NCBI GenBank assembly: GCA_951406725.2
Contig: OX597827.1
Coordinates: forward strand, 13,640,001 to 13,704,000
Direction of reading: 5' to 3'
From: Octopus vulgaris
Taxonomy: Eukaryota
Length of the DNA stretch: 64,000 bases
Below are positions 53,149 through 64,000 of the stretch, one piece after another (within the stretch, counting starts at the first letter, position 1; every line of letters starts with the position of its first letter). A program made the position numbers and the translations under genes. The notes under the pieces were generated by a model that was not told the DNA's origin, made no database searches, and was given only the letters and a program-made list of their open reading frames with translations.

Positions 53149-53193
53149 TTGTATAGTGTTGTCTGCAGGGAGTTGCTTTAAATGTAGACACAT
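53149..53193 (-). CDS. candidate short first coding exon MCLHLKQLPADNTIQ with phase-0 donor
   Basis: non-repetitive island; aggATG (A at -3), in-frame upstream TAA, 15 codons, then CAA|GTAAGC; no homology recognised. Confidence 0.3.
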
Positions 53194-53499
53194 CCTGTAG
53201 TTGCTGGTCAGGGGATGTGATGCTCTTGTTATTTACAAATCGGTGCTTGACTTTTTAGCTCTAGTGAGATGTGTGATTTTTGCGGAGTGGGTGAGACCGT
53301 TGAAAATGAGGACGTGATGCTTTAATGTGTGTAAAAAAAAACAATAACAAAACAAAAACAAAAAAACTCCCAGAAATTGATGTGTGTGTGTGAGTGAGGG
53401 TGTGTTTGAATCATAGACAAAGAGGAAGAATTAAAATATATGTGTATGTAAGTGTGTGTATAGGTATGTGTACGTCTATCTAGCTCTCTATCTATATTC

Positions 53500-53535
<36 letters not shown>

Positions 53536-53536
53536 A

Positions 53537-53571
<35 letters not shown>

Positions 53572-53818
53572 GGGGAGAGAGAGAAAGAAAGATAAAGAGA
53601 GAAAGAAGGAGAATGGAGAGGCAGACACTGGGAGTAGTAAAACACATACTGTATATTTAAGTTTCGGTAAGTTTTAGGCCATTAATTTAGTGTACATTTG
53701 TATGTGCACAGACACCAATATGTATGAATCTATATGCATACATAAGTACATTTGTATATGTGTGTGTGTGTGTGAGTGTTTATGTGAGGGTTTTGATAGA
53801 TTGATAGATAGAAGTATA

Positions 53819-54203
53819 TACTCTTTTTACTCTTTTACTTATTTCAGTCATTTGACTGCGGCAAATCGACCCCGGGACTTAGTCTTTGTAAGCCCAGTAC
53901 TTATTCTATCGGTCTCTTTTGCAAAACCGCTAAGTGACGGGGACGTAAACACACCAGCATCGGTTGTTAAGCAATGCTAGGGGGACAAACACAGACACAC
54001 AAACATATACACACACACTTATATATATATACATATATACGACAGGCTTCTTTCAGTTTCCATCTACCAAATCCACTCACAAGGCATTGGTTGGCCCGGG
54101 GCTATAGCAGAAGACACTTGCCCAAGATGCCACGTAGTGAGAGTGAACCCGGAACCATGTGGTTGGTAAGCAAGCTACTTACCACACAGCCACTCCTGCG
54201 CCT
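53819..54203 (-). mobile_element. SINE family A
   Basis: matches family A. Confidence 0.9.
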
Positions 54204-54257
54204 ATATGTTAATATATTCATATTTACATATATATCTTAATATATCTGTGTGTGTAA

Positions 54258-54843
54258 GGTGGCGAGCTGGTACAAACGTTAGCACACCAGGTGAAATGCT
54301 TAGTGGTACTTTGTCTGCCATTACGTTCTGAGTTCAAATTCCGCCGAGGTCGACTTTGCCTTTCATCCTTTCGGGGTCGATAAATTAAGTACCAGTCACG
54401 CACTGGGGTCGATGTAATCAACTTAATCCGTTTGTCGTCCTTGTTTGTCCCCTCTGTGCTTATCCCCTTGTGGGTAGTAAAGAAATAGGTATTTCATCTG
54501 CCGTTACGTTCTGAGTTCAAATTCCGCCGAGGTCGACTTTGCCTTTCATCCATTCGGGGTCGATAAATTAAGTACCAGTTACGCACCGTTCTGGGGTCGA
54601 TATAATTTACTTAATACCTTTGTCTGTCCTTGTTTATTCCCTCTATGTTTAGCCCCTTGTGGGTAGTAAAGAAATAGGTATTTCGTCTGTCTTTATGATC
54701 TGAGTTCAAATTCTGCTGAGGTTAACATTAACTTTCATCCTTTCAGGGTCGATAAATGAAGCACCAGTTGCATACTGGGGTCGATCTAATTGACTGGCCC
54801 CTCCCCAGAAATTTCGAGCTTTGTGCCTAGAGTAGAAAAGAAT
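54258..54843 (+). mobile_element. SINE family B tandem trimer
   Basis: one headed unit and two units restarting at aaataggtatttc. Confidence 0.9.
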
Positions 54844-54920
54844 ATATCTGCACGTGTGTGTGTGTATATATATTTATTTATTTAAATTTATATATATTTA
54901 TTTGTTTATATTTATACACA

Positions 54921-54992
<72 letters not shown>

Positions 54993-55038
54993 ACAGTACA
55001 ATGTATTAAAATAAAAGCTACCAATACTTTCTTGCCAT

Positions 55039-55250
55039 TAACCCTTTAGAATTTAAACTGATCAAATTCATCCCAAATATTCCACCTGTTTTATGTTCAA
55101 ACTGACCAGATCTGGCATCTCCCACCTACCCTGCAATGTTATTCTAAACAATAAATAATCACATCATTGAAAGTTACAAGATAACACAGGGTTAATTCAA
55201 AATGAAGCGAATAAATAAAACATTAGATTTGATAAAGTAATCTAAACCCT
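55039..55250 (-). mobile_element. piggyBac-type MITE family 2
   Basis: ttaaccctttag start; reverse homolog of 57811-58037. Confidence 0.65.
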
Positions 55251-55397
55251 GAAGGACACATGGTTCGACAGATTGCCATTAAGGTAACATGATTAGACAG
55301 ATTGCTTGTGTCTCCAAGCAACCCGCATGCTCTGAGCACATGGAATTTATTTTATTTTCATTTTTATTATTTTTTTTTTTGAAAATAGAATAAATTC

Positions 55398-55695
55398 ATC
55401 ATCATCATCATCATCATCGTTTAACGTCCGCTTTCCATGTTAGCATGGGTTGGACGATTTTGACTGAGGGCTGGCAAACCAGATGGCTGCACCAGGCTCC
55501 AGTCTTGATCTGGAAGAGTTTCTACAGCTGGATGCCCTTCTTAACGCCAACCACTCCGAGAGTGTCGTGGGTGCCTTTATGTGCCACTGGCACAAGGGCC
55601 AGTCAGGCGGTGCTGGCAACGGCCAGAAAAAAAATTGTGTTTTTTTTTACATGTCACCTGCACACCGGCACAAGTGCCAGTAAGGCGACGCTGGT
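55398..55695 (-). mobile_element. RTE-type LINE 3' UTR
   Basis: (CAT)n-cgtttaacgtccgc...gctggatgcccttc. Confidence 0.8.
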
Positions 55696-55719
55696 TATAT
55701 CCGAATAACAAGAAACTAT

Positions 55720-55938
55720 TACTCTTTACTCTTTACTCTTTTACTTGTTTCAGTCATTTGACTGCGGCCATGCTGGAGCACCGCCTTTAGTCGAGCAAAT
55801 CGACCCCGGGACTTATTCTTTGTAAGCCCAGTACTTATTCTATCGGTCTCTTTTGGCGAACCACTAAGTGACGGGGATGTAAACACACCAGCATCATCTT
55901 TCAAGCAACGCTAGGGGGACAAACACAGACACACAAAC

Positions 55939-55985
<47 letters not shown>

Positions 55986-56151
55986 TACGACAGGCTTCTT
56001 TCAGTTTCCGTCTACCAAATCCACTCACAAGGCATTGGTCGGCCCGGGGCTATAGCAGAAGACACTTGCCCAAGATGCCACGCAGTGGGACTGAACCCGG
56101 AACCATGTGGTTGGTTAGCAAGCTACTTACCACACAGCCACTCCTGCGCCT
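55720..56151 (-). mobile_element. SINE family A, full length
   Basis: matches family A. Confidence 0.92.
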
Positions 56152-56686
56152 AGTGGTACTTATTTTCATAAAAGGTACCTTAAATTGTTTATCTCTCACT
56201 AGATGGGGTACTTTTTTTGTTGATCTTATCTTAATGGAACAGAAAACTATATAAGTATAACTATATAACACACATACACACGCAAGAACACATACACATA
56301 CACACACATATACATATGTATTAGGAATACTCTTGTGATTTACAAGATTTACGGATTATGTTGTTAAAATTCATGTGTCACAAACTGGTCATATTTCTAC
56401 AATGCACAAAATATTTTAACAATTTTTTTCATACAGTTCCTTATAATATTTAATTATAAAAAATGCAATAGAAGTTTTTTTAACCATTGAATCAGTCTGG
56501 GGATCCAGCAGAGCAAAATAAGGATGAAAGGGATCCATAAACAAAAATTGTTTTGAACCCTTGCTCTGCTATAAGCATTGCATTCGACTTTTCCTTTGAA
56601 CTTAATATGTATGGTTGATTGTGTGTGTGTGTGTGCATGTGTGCATGTGTGCCTGCTTTTATAGATAGATGAATAGATAAATGTAC

Positions 56687-56721
<35 letters not shown>

Positions 56722-56723
<2 letters not shown>

Positions 56724-57022
56724 GAGGCACATGGCCTCGTGGTTAGAGCGGCGGACTCGCGGTCGAGGGATCGTGGGTTCGAATCTCAGACCGGGCGATG
56801 TGTGTGTTTATGAGCGAAAACACTTAAGCTCCACACAGCTCCGGCAGAAGGTAATGGCGAACTTCTGCTGACTCTTTCACCACGACTTTCTCTCACTCTT
56901 TCCTCCTGCATCTTGCAGCTCACCTGTGATGGACCGGCGTCCCGTCCAGGTGGGGAACCTATACGCCATGGAAACTGGGAAACTGGCCCTTATGAGCCAG
57001 GGATGGCTCAAGAAGGGACAAA
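56722..57022 (+). mobile_element. tRNA-derived SINE with family D head and an alternative tail
   Basis: ggaggcacatggcctcgtggttagagcggcggactcgcgg...gggttcgaatctc; tail gatggaccggcgtcccgtccagg. Confidence 0.85.
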
Positions 57023-57216
57023 CAATATATATGGTGAAGAATAACAAAGGCATTGTAGCAACTGCCAAAAGCTAGAGAGAAGAAGCAACATCTTTGAAGT
57101 TAGTAAGTTGCAATATTCTAAAGTAAAAAAATTATTTGCCAACTGATGAAGATGAGCTACGATGAAAGTCACTCAAGTCTTGACAATCTCTTCTTTTTGT
57201 ATATCTCAAACTACTC

Positions 57217-57605
57217 CTTACTCTTTACTCTTTACTCTTTTACTTGTTTCAGTTATTTGACTGTGGCCATGCTGGAGCACCGCCTTTAGTCGAGCAAATC
57301 GACCCCAGGACTTATTCTTTGTAAGCCCAGTACTTATTCTATTGGTCTCTTTTGCCGAACCGCTAAGTGACGGGGACGTAAAAACACCAGCATCGGTTGT
57401 CAGGCAATGCTAGGGGAACAAACACACACACACATACATATATACGACAGGCTTCTTTCAGTTTCCGTCTACCAAATCCACTCACAAGACATTGGTCGGC
57501 CCGAGGCTATAGCAGAAGACACTTGCCCAAGATGCCACGCAGTGGGACTGAACCCGGAACCATGTGGTTGGTTAGCAAGCTACTTACCACAGCCACTCCT
57601 GCGCC
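57217..57605 (-). mobile_element. SINE family A
   Basis: matches family A. Confidence 0.9.
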
Positions 57606-57810
57606 TACATTGCTCTTGTTTTAATATTGTAAAATGTAATTTTTTTAAAAATTATTTATTCGTATGTATATCAACATCTTTGTCTAGATATATGAACATT
57701 ACTTTAAAATTGGTTACATACAAGCTATACTGGAGGTTAGAATCGAACTAATTTTCTAGCTCTGAATAGGAAACTTTGTCTCTAAAATGCAATTTTGATA
57801 GAGCTCACCT

Positions 57811-58037
57811 TTAACCCTTTAGTGTTCAGATTATTGAATCAAACATAATGCTTATTGATTCCCATTGATTTGAATTAATCATGCATTGTCTCATATCTTC
57901 AAGAGCTTGATGGTGTAATTACTTAATGTAGAATAACATTGTAGGGTAGGTGTGAGAGCCTGGATCTGGTTAGTTTGAACATAAAACAGATTAACTATTT
58001 TGGCTGGATATGGCCGGTTTAAATACTAAAAGGTTAA
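57811..58037 (+). mobile_element. piggyBac-type MITE family 2, uninterrupted
   Basis: ttaacccttttagtgttc ... aaatactaaaaggttaa. Confidence 0.75.
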
Positions 58038-59014
58038 ACACCAATAAGATCTAGTAAGATCAAGCATTTTTACTGAATTTGTAACTTCAAGTTTTGACTT
58101 AAGGATTTTAGACTAAAAACAGTTTCCTTGTTATGTGTAATATTTTGGGTTGTTGAAATAGATTTCATGTTATATCATATCTAGGTTTGTCGTGAGACCT
58201 AGGACTCATAAGGCCAGACCTTAGGCTGGTTTTCATAGTGTATCAGTGATTATAATACTCACATCCTGGATAGAACATTAGTCCATTGCAAGTTAACTTC
58301 CCAGATATTCCTGGAACACATTTTATAGATAAGAGGACTGGAATAATGTGGTATGGAAGAAAAAAGGTGTAATTCACCTCCCTCATGGGTCCTCACATAA
58401 CGTCAATCTTTTTCATTTGGTGTTTGTCCGTAGGAGACCTACCCACATAACTTCTGGCCAGAACCTAATGGCAAATTCCCCTCACCTATACAGCCACCAC
58501 ATCCATCCTAAACGACAGTTCCAATGTGAAAGAGGCTTGCACTAGTCATCCTTCCACTCATATGACCTCCCTAACTCCTCTCCTGCCAGCAAGGCCCCTC
58601 AGCTGTTAGTGTGACATCACAGATCCTATACTTCCAGTCCCTCTTTCTTGCTGGCAACCCTCACCTGTTTCCACACATAGTAATATTTTCCAATGTCTAG
58701 ACATGTTTTGCACAGAGAACTGGAAATGAACAGCCTCACTTGTATGATGATGATGATGATGATGCTCATTTGCAGCTATTACATTATGTCCAGACAAGGG
58801 AACATGGGCTTCTTTCACTTTCCATTAACCCAAATCCACTCACAAGACTTTGGTCAGCCTGGTGCTATAATAGAAGACACATACTCAGAGTGCAGCACAA
58901 TGGATGTAAAGCCAAGAACACATGGTTGGGAAGAAAGTTTCTTAACCACACAGCCCTACCTGTGCCAATAAATGTCTACCACAGAACTATGAATTACTAG
59001 TTCCTTATATCTTT

Positions 59015-59423
59015 ATAGCCCACAAGGGGGTAAATATAGAGGGGACAAACAAGGACAGACAAAGGGATTAAGTCAATTACAATGACCCCAGTGTGTGTAA
59101 CTGGTATTTAATTTATCGACCCTGAAAGGACGAAAGGCAAAGTTGACCTTGGCAGAATTTGAACTCAGAATGTAACGGCTGATGAAATACCTATTTCTTT
59201 ACTACCCACAAGGGGCTAAACACAGAGGGGACAAACAAGGACAGACAACGGGATTAAGTCGATTACAACGATCCCAGTGCATAACTGGTACTTAATTCAT
59301 CAACCCCTAAAGGACGAAAAGCAAAGTCAACCTCAGCAGAATTTGAACTCAGAACGTAACGGCAGACGAAATACCACTAAGCATTTCACCTGGCGTGCAA
59401 ACGTTTCTGCCAGCTCACTGCCT
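59015..59423 (-). mobile_element. SINE family B dimer
   Basis: matches family B. Confidence 0.88.
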
Positions 59424-59819
59424 AGTTCCTTAAAATGTTCAACCATCCGTATGGATTTTCAAATGCAAGGTTTCTCAATGTAGGATCAGAGCTATAGACA
59501 GGTTCTAAAGTTAGGGGTAGGGAATACATAAAAGAAAAGGCACTCTGACACATACCAAATAATTTTAAACTCATTTCTCTTATATTACACAAAATATTTC
59601 ATTAGTTTATAGTATCCTTAATTATATTCTACATTCGTTAATTTCATGCTTCTGTAACTATGTCATTATGTAGGAAACTTACAACTACTGATAGAGATGT
59701 GACATGAAAATGATTAAACTCCCCAGGATCGTTTAGTGTCTAGAAGTTATGACACCAAGGTTTGTTTTGGTTCTTAGATGTTAGTAGCCACCAACACATC
59801 ACAGGTCATTGAGCAAACA

Positions 59820-60175
59820 TCATCATCATCATCATCATCATCGTTTAGTGTCCGCTTTCCATGCTAGCATGGGTTGGACGGTTCGACTGGGGTCTGGGAA
59901 GCCAGAAGGCTGCACCAGGCCCAGTCTGATCTGGCAGTGTTTCTACAGCTGGATGCCCTTCCTAACGCCAACCACTCCGTGAGCGTAGTGGGTGCTTTTT
60001 ACGTGCCAGATGAGGCTGGCAAATGGCCACAATCGGATGGTGCTTTTTACGTGCCACCGGCACGGAGGCCAGTCAGGGCGGCGCTGGCTATGGCCACGTT
60101 CGGATGGTTCTCTTACGTGCCACCGGCACTGGTATCACAGCTACAATTTCCATTGATGTTAATCAATTTTGATTT
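59820..60175 (-). mobile_element. RTE-type LINE 3' UTR
   Basis: (CAT)n tail and internal gtgccaccggcac units. Confidence 0.8.
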
Positions 60176-60431
60176 CAAACCAATTTTGAAAACAGTGCTC
60201 AAAAAGAGTGGTAGCTTCCCTTGCAGTCCCTATTAGCAATGGCCCCACATGTGATGCATACCACACCAGTGAGGTGTTTCAGCATTTTGGTGAGGTGTGG
60301 ATTAATTGAGAAATGGACATAAGTAACAAGTGAATAAAGCTTGCACTAATGTTTCCAATTAAACACTTTTTTAATATGCTTCTATAACACATCAGTTTTT
60401 TTTCCATTCCTGGAGGGGGTGTATGTTTTTT

Positions 60432-60703
60432 TTGCAGCATGGAAGGTGTTTGTAAGCCATTTAAGAAACACACAAAAGCCGTTCGATTCACTTCAACACT
60501 TAAGTTTAATTTGTCAAAATATTTTCGTCGCTTTAAGACTGCGATCTGTTCGCTGACAAAAATCCATGCTGCATCACAGATTTTGTCAGATCGCAGTCTT
60601 AAAGCGACAAAAATATTTTGACAAATTAAACTTAAATGTTGAAGTGAATCAAACAGCTTTTGTGTGTTTCTTAAATGGCTTACAAACACCTTCCATGCTG
60701 CAA
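60432..60703. mobile_element. palindromic hairpin element with G3-C8 variant hammerhead motif (60510-60560, minus)
   Basis: arms ttgcagcatggaaggtgtttgtaagcc / ggcttacaaacaccttccatgctgcaa; tttgtca-GCGAACA-gatcgc..gcgac-GAAA-atat-TT-tgacaaa. Confidence 0.8.
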
Positions 60704-61380
60704 TTGTTTTCGTTTCAGCACACAATCTCTGATCAAATCACTTGCTATGCAAGTACATTCCCTGTATGTTTTTTCTTCTGGGAAAATTCAAGTGAGACAT
60801 GGAACAAATTTGGTTGATAAGCTCTGTTTTAAAGCCTCAGATTATATATTTAAAAATCTGTGGTGCACTTGGATACCGCTTATGGTGCACTATTTGTGAA
60901 CCATTAATCTGTGTAAATTCCTCAATTAAAAGAGTGGGGTTTGAGGGAGATCTGGGTGGTATTTCTAGTGGGCCATAGGATCACATAGTGGTTCCCTTGT
61001 AGGTTTGTTTCTTCTGCCAGTATTTCATTCAAAACATCATCACATGATCACATGAACAACCAGACTGTCAGATGTTGTTACACATCACTAGTCACAATGC
61101 GCTTTGCATTATTTTAGCCTTCACATGATGTCACCCCACTGGTTAGGTGAGGAGGCCGACATTTCCCTCTGACTGAAAGAAGAGCTGGAGCTCAAAATGA
61201 AATGGAGTGTTTGCTCAAGAACACAACTCGCTGCCTGGTTTCGGAATTGAACCTACGACCTGCCAATCATGAGTGAGTACAACAGCCCAACCACCAAGCC
61301 ATACGCGCCTTCAATCAAAACATCATATTTAAACAGAATGTTGGTTCTCATTTACTAAACAGACAGTCATATAGACAGTT

Positions 61381-61641
61381 GGCTGGCACGTTAAAAGCTC
61401 CAACCGATCGTGGCCGATGCCGGACGCCCCCTGGCACCTGTGCAGGTGGCATGTAAAAAGCACCCACTACACTCGCGGAGTGGTTGGCGTTAGGAAGGGC
61501 ATCCAGCCGTAGAAACTCTGCCAGATCAGACTGGAGCCTGGTGCAGCCTTCTGGCTTCCCAGACCCCGGTCGAACCGTCCAACCCGTGCTAGCGCGGAAA
61601 ACGGACGTTAAACGATGATGATGATGATGATGATGATGATG
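61381..61641 (+). mobile_element. RTE-type LINE 3' UTR, young copy
   Basis: CpG-rich; ends ggacgttaaacgatgatgatg. Confidence 0.82.
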
Positions 61642-62148
61642 AAAGACAGAGAAAGAGTACAGGTAAGTAAAACAACATTACAGCTACCATTGAATTTTGG
61701 TGTATTTACACAGCAATATTTAATATACATAAACATATTTACCTTTCAAGCCTAGTCTAAACATCACTAAAAAGCAAAGGACAATAATCCCTGTGACCTC
61801 TAAACACTAAGCAATTCAATTCATATTCTTTAACTGCTGTGTTAGCACATTGCTGTTCTTGAATAGTTGTTTTGTTATGATGTTATTATGTTGTTATTGT
61901 ATTCCTTTATTACTCTAATGGTTATTGCCATTTGTTAGTAATGTTATTTCCTTCTGTCAGAATGACTGCAGTCATTGTTCCAGTACAAATAAAGTTTCAT
62001 CCGATAAAAAGCTCCAATTCTCATTTAAAAACCAAAATGTAATTGAAAATGGAAATATTGTATATAAGTGTACATTTGTGTGTGTGTGTGTCTGTGTGTG
62101 TGTGTTTATATTTGTGTAGATATTATAATATAATAATAATATATATAT

Positions 62149-62265
62149 AGGCACAGGAGTGGCTGTGTGGTAAGTAGCTTGCTTACCAACGACACGGTTC
62201 TGGGTTAATTCCCACTGCGTGGCACCTTGGGCAAGAGTCTTCTACTATAGACTGAAAGAAGCCTG

Positions 62266-62317
<52 letters not shown>

Positions 62318-62572
62318 ATGTGTGTGTGTGTGTGTGTGTGTATGTATATGTTTGTGTGTCTGTTTCCCCCTCCCCCCAACATCGCTTGACAACCAATGCT
62401 GGTGTGTTTACATCCCCGTAACTTAGCAGTTCGGCAAAAGAGACCAATAGAATAAGTACAGGCTTCCAAAGAATAAGTCCTGGGGACGATTTGCTCAACT
62501 AAAAAGCGATGCTCCAGCATGGCCGCAGTCAAATGACTGAGACGAGTAAAAGAGTAAAAGAGAATAAAGAGT
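62149..62572 (+). mobile_element. SINE family A
   Basis: matches family A with an internal deletion. Confidence 0.88.
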
Positions 62573-62780
62573 ATAATTATACACATGCACACACACACAC
62601 AAACAGATATAAATTATAGCTTCACTTAGGCATAGTGACACTAATAACCAATTGTTATATCTCAGTAGATTTATCTTTTAGTGTAAAACGTTAGAAGAGT
62701 ACAGAGTGTTGTATCAGTTAATGAATGACAAAAGAACAAGAATCACACAATCACCTTAATTGTTTTACAGCTAAAGACAG

Positions 62781-62990
62781 CAGGCTGGCAGAAACGTTAA
62801 CACTCTGGGTGAGATGCTTAGTGGTACATCGTCTGTCTTTACATTCTGAGTTCAAATTCTGCCAAGGTCGACTTTGTCTTTCATCCTTTCAGGGTTGATA
62901 AATTAAGTACCAGTTGCATACTGGGGTCGATCTAATCAACTGGTCACCTCCCCAAAAATTTCGTGCCTTGTGCCTAGAATAGAAAAGAAT
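62781..62990 (+). mobile_element. SINE family B monomer
   Basis: matches family B. Confidence 0.85.
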
Positions 62991-63084
62991 TATTTTACAG
63001 CTATTTCTGGTATCATTAGAGGCAATGCATTAAAATACCCTATTTCTTTAGCTCGTTATGATATGGGGTTTGCGCCTGAAAAAT

Positions 63085-63488
63085 ATGTTCGGATGGTGCT
63101 TTTTACATGCCATTGGCACAGGGAGCCAGTCAGAGAACACTGGCAATGACCCATGCATAAATGGTGTTTATTGTGTGCCACCAGCACAGGAGCCAGTCAG
63201 GAAGCACTGGCAGTGGTCACACCTACAATTTTCCTTTTTGATTTCAATTTAATTGAGTTCTGGTTGTGATTTGATTTTGATTTTTGATTTTACTTGACTC
63301 AATAGGTCTCCTCAAGCATGGCGAGTCGCCCAATGATTCAAAGGTACTTTTTAAATGAGCTGGTTATGCGACACTGGTATAGGCTATGGTTGTGATCTCA
63401 CTTTACTTGCCAGGTCTTCTCAATCACAACATATCTCCAGAAGTCTCGGTCTCCTGTCATCTCCTCTGTGAGGCCCAATGTTCAAAGG
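63085..63488 (-). mobile_element. RTE-clade LINE fragment (ORF end plus proximal 3' UTR)
   Basis: minus-strand TLGLTEEMTGDRDFWRYVVIEKTWQVK*, followed by UTR units. Confidence 0.75.
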
Positions 63489-63666
63489 TAGCACACACAC
63501 ACACACACACACACATATATAAATATAAGTTCAGCAAAATCTAGATTCAGATGAATTTGATACTCAAGTTAAAGGCACCAGAATTTTGTATGGTATTATC
63601 CATATAAATCAATGTTGGCAAATGTATAAGAATATGCATTGTCAGTTTAATTTGAAAAATTCTATA

Positions 63667-63754
63667 TGTGGCTGAAGATTGCTCAACATTTTAAAACTGA
63701 TGTAATACTTACAGTGATTAATAAAATGAAGTAGCATGAAACAATTGTACTACA
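63667..63754 (+). ncRNA. type I hammerhead ribozyme motif with canonical core and palindromic AATT loop III
   Basis: tgtgg-CTGAAGA-t-tgct...agca-t-GAAA-caattg-TA-ctaca; GUA cleavage triplet. Confidence 0.75.
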
Positions 63755-63817
63755 CTACCTTGGATATCTTTGTTGCTTATTTTGATTATATATATTTATA
63801 CATATATATATATATAT

Positions 63818-64000
63818 ATTTCTTTATTGCCCACAAAGGGCTAAACATAGAGGGGACAAACAAGGACAGACAAACGGATTAAGTCTATTACATCGAACCC
63901 GAAAGAATGAAAGGCAAAGTCGACCCCGGCGGAATTTGAACTCAGAACATAACGGCTGACGAAATACAGCTACGCATTTCGCCCGGCATGCTAACGCTTC
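63818..64000 (-). mobile_element. SINE family B (runs off window)
   Basis: matches family B. Confidence 0.85.

Noticed and set aside
57140-57190. CTGATGA with a possible agatgag/ctca..tct stem
   Set aside because: GAAA box and stem I are missing, and there is no second copy to test

Overview
AT-rich eukaryotic (animal) DNA with extreme microsatellite density and almost no protein-coding content. Nearly all listed ORFs are translations of simple repeats or SINEs. The repeat inventory (tRNA-derived SINEs with CORE-like and Meta-like central domains, RTE/CR1/R4-Dong LINE ends, Penelope-like fragments, Tc1/mariner and piggyBac-type MITEs) fits an octopus/coleoid cephalopod genome; this is an inference, not checked. 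Supported coding remnants are degraded Tc1, mariner, Penelope RT/GIY-YIG, R4/Dong, CR1 and RTE fragments, plus a CpG-decayed histone H4 pseudogene. One short candidate first coding exon (minus strand, 53149-53193) could make most of the window one giant intron. The main unexplained structures are two. (1) At least seven unrelated families of short elements, mostly perfect foldbacks, each carrying a minimal type I hammerhead-ribozyme motif. They show stem covariation and all of the C3-G8, U3-A8 and G3-C8 core variants, and are most likely Penelope pseudo-LTR derived. One appears fused to a tRNA-SINE head. (2) An 894-bp, ~99% identical, non-coding inverted repeat pair enclosing 5.7 kb of much older DNA. 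Coordinates were read by eye and are approximate unless a TSD or TIR is quoted.
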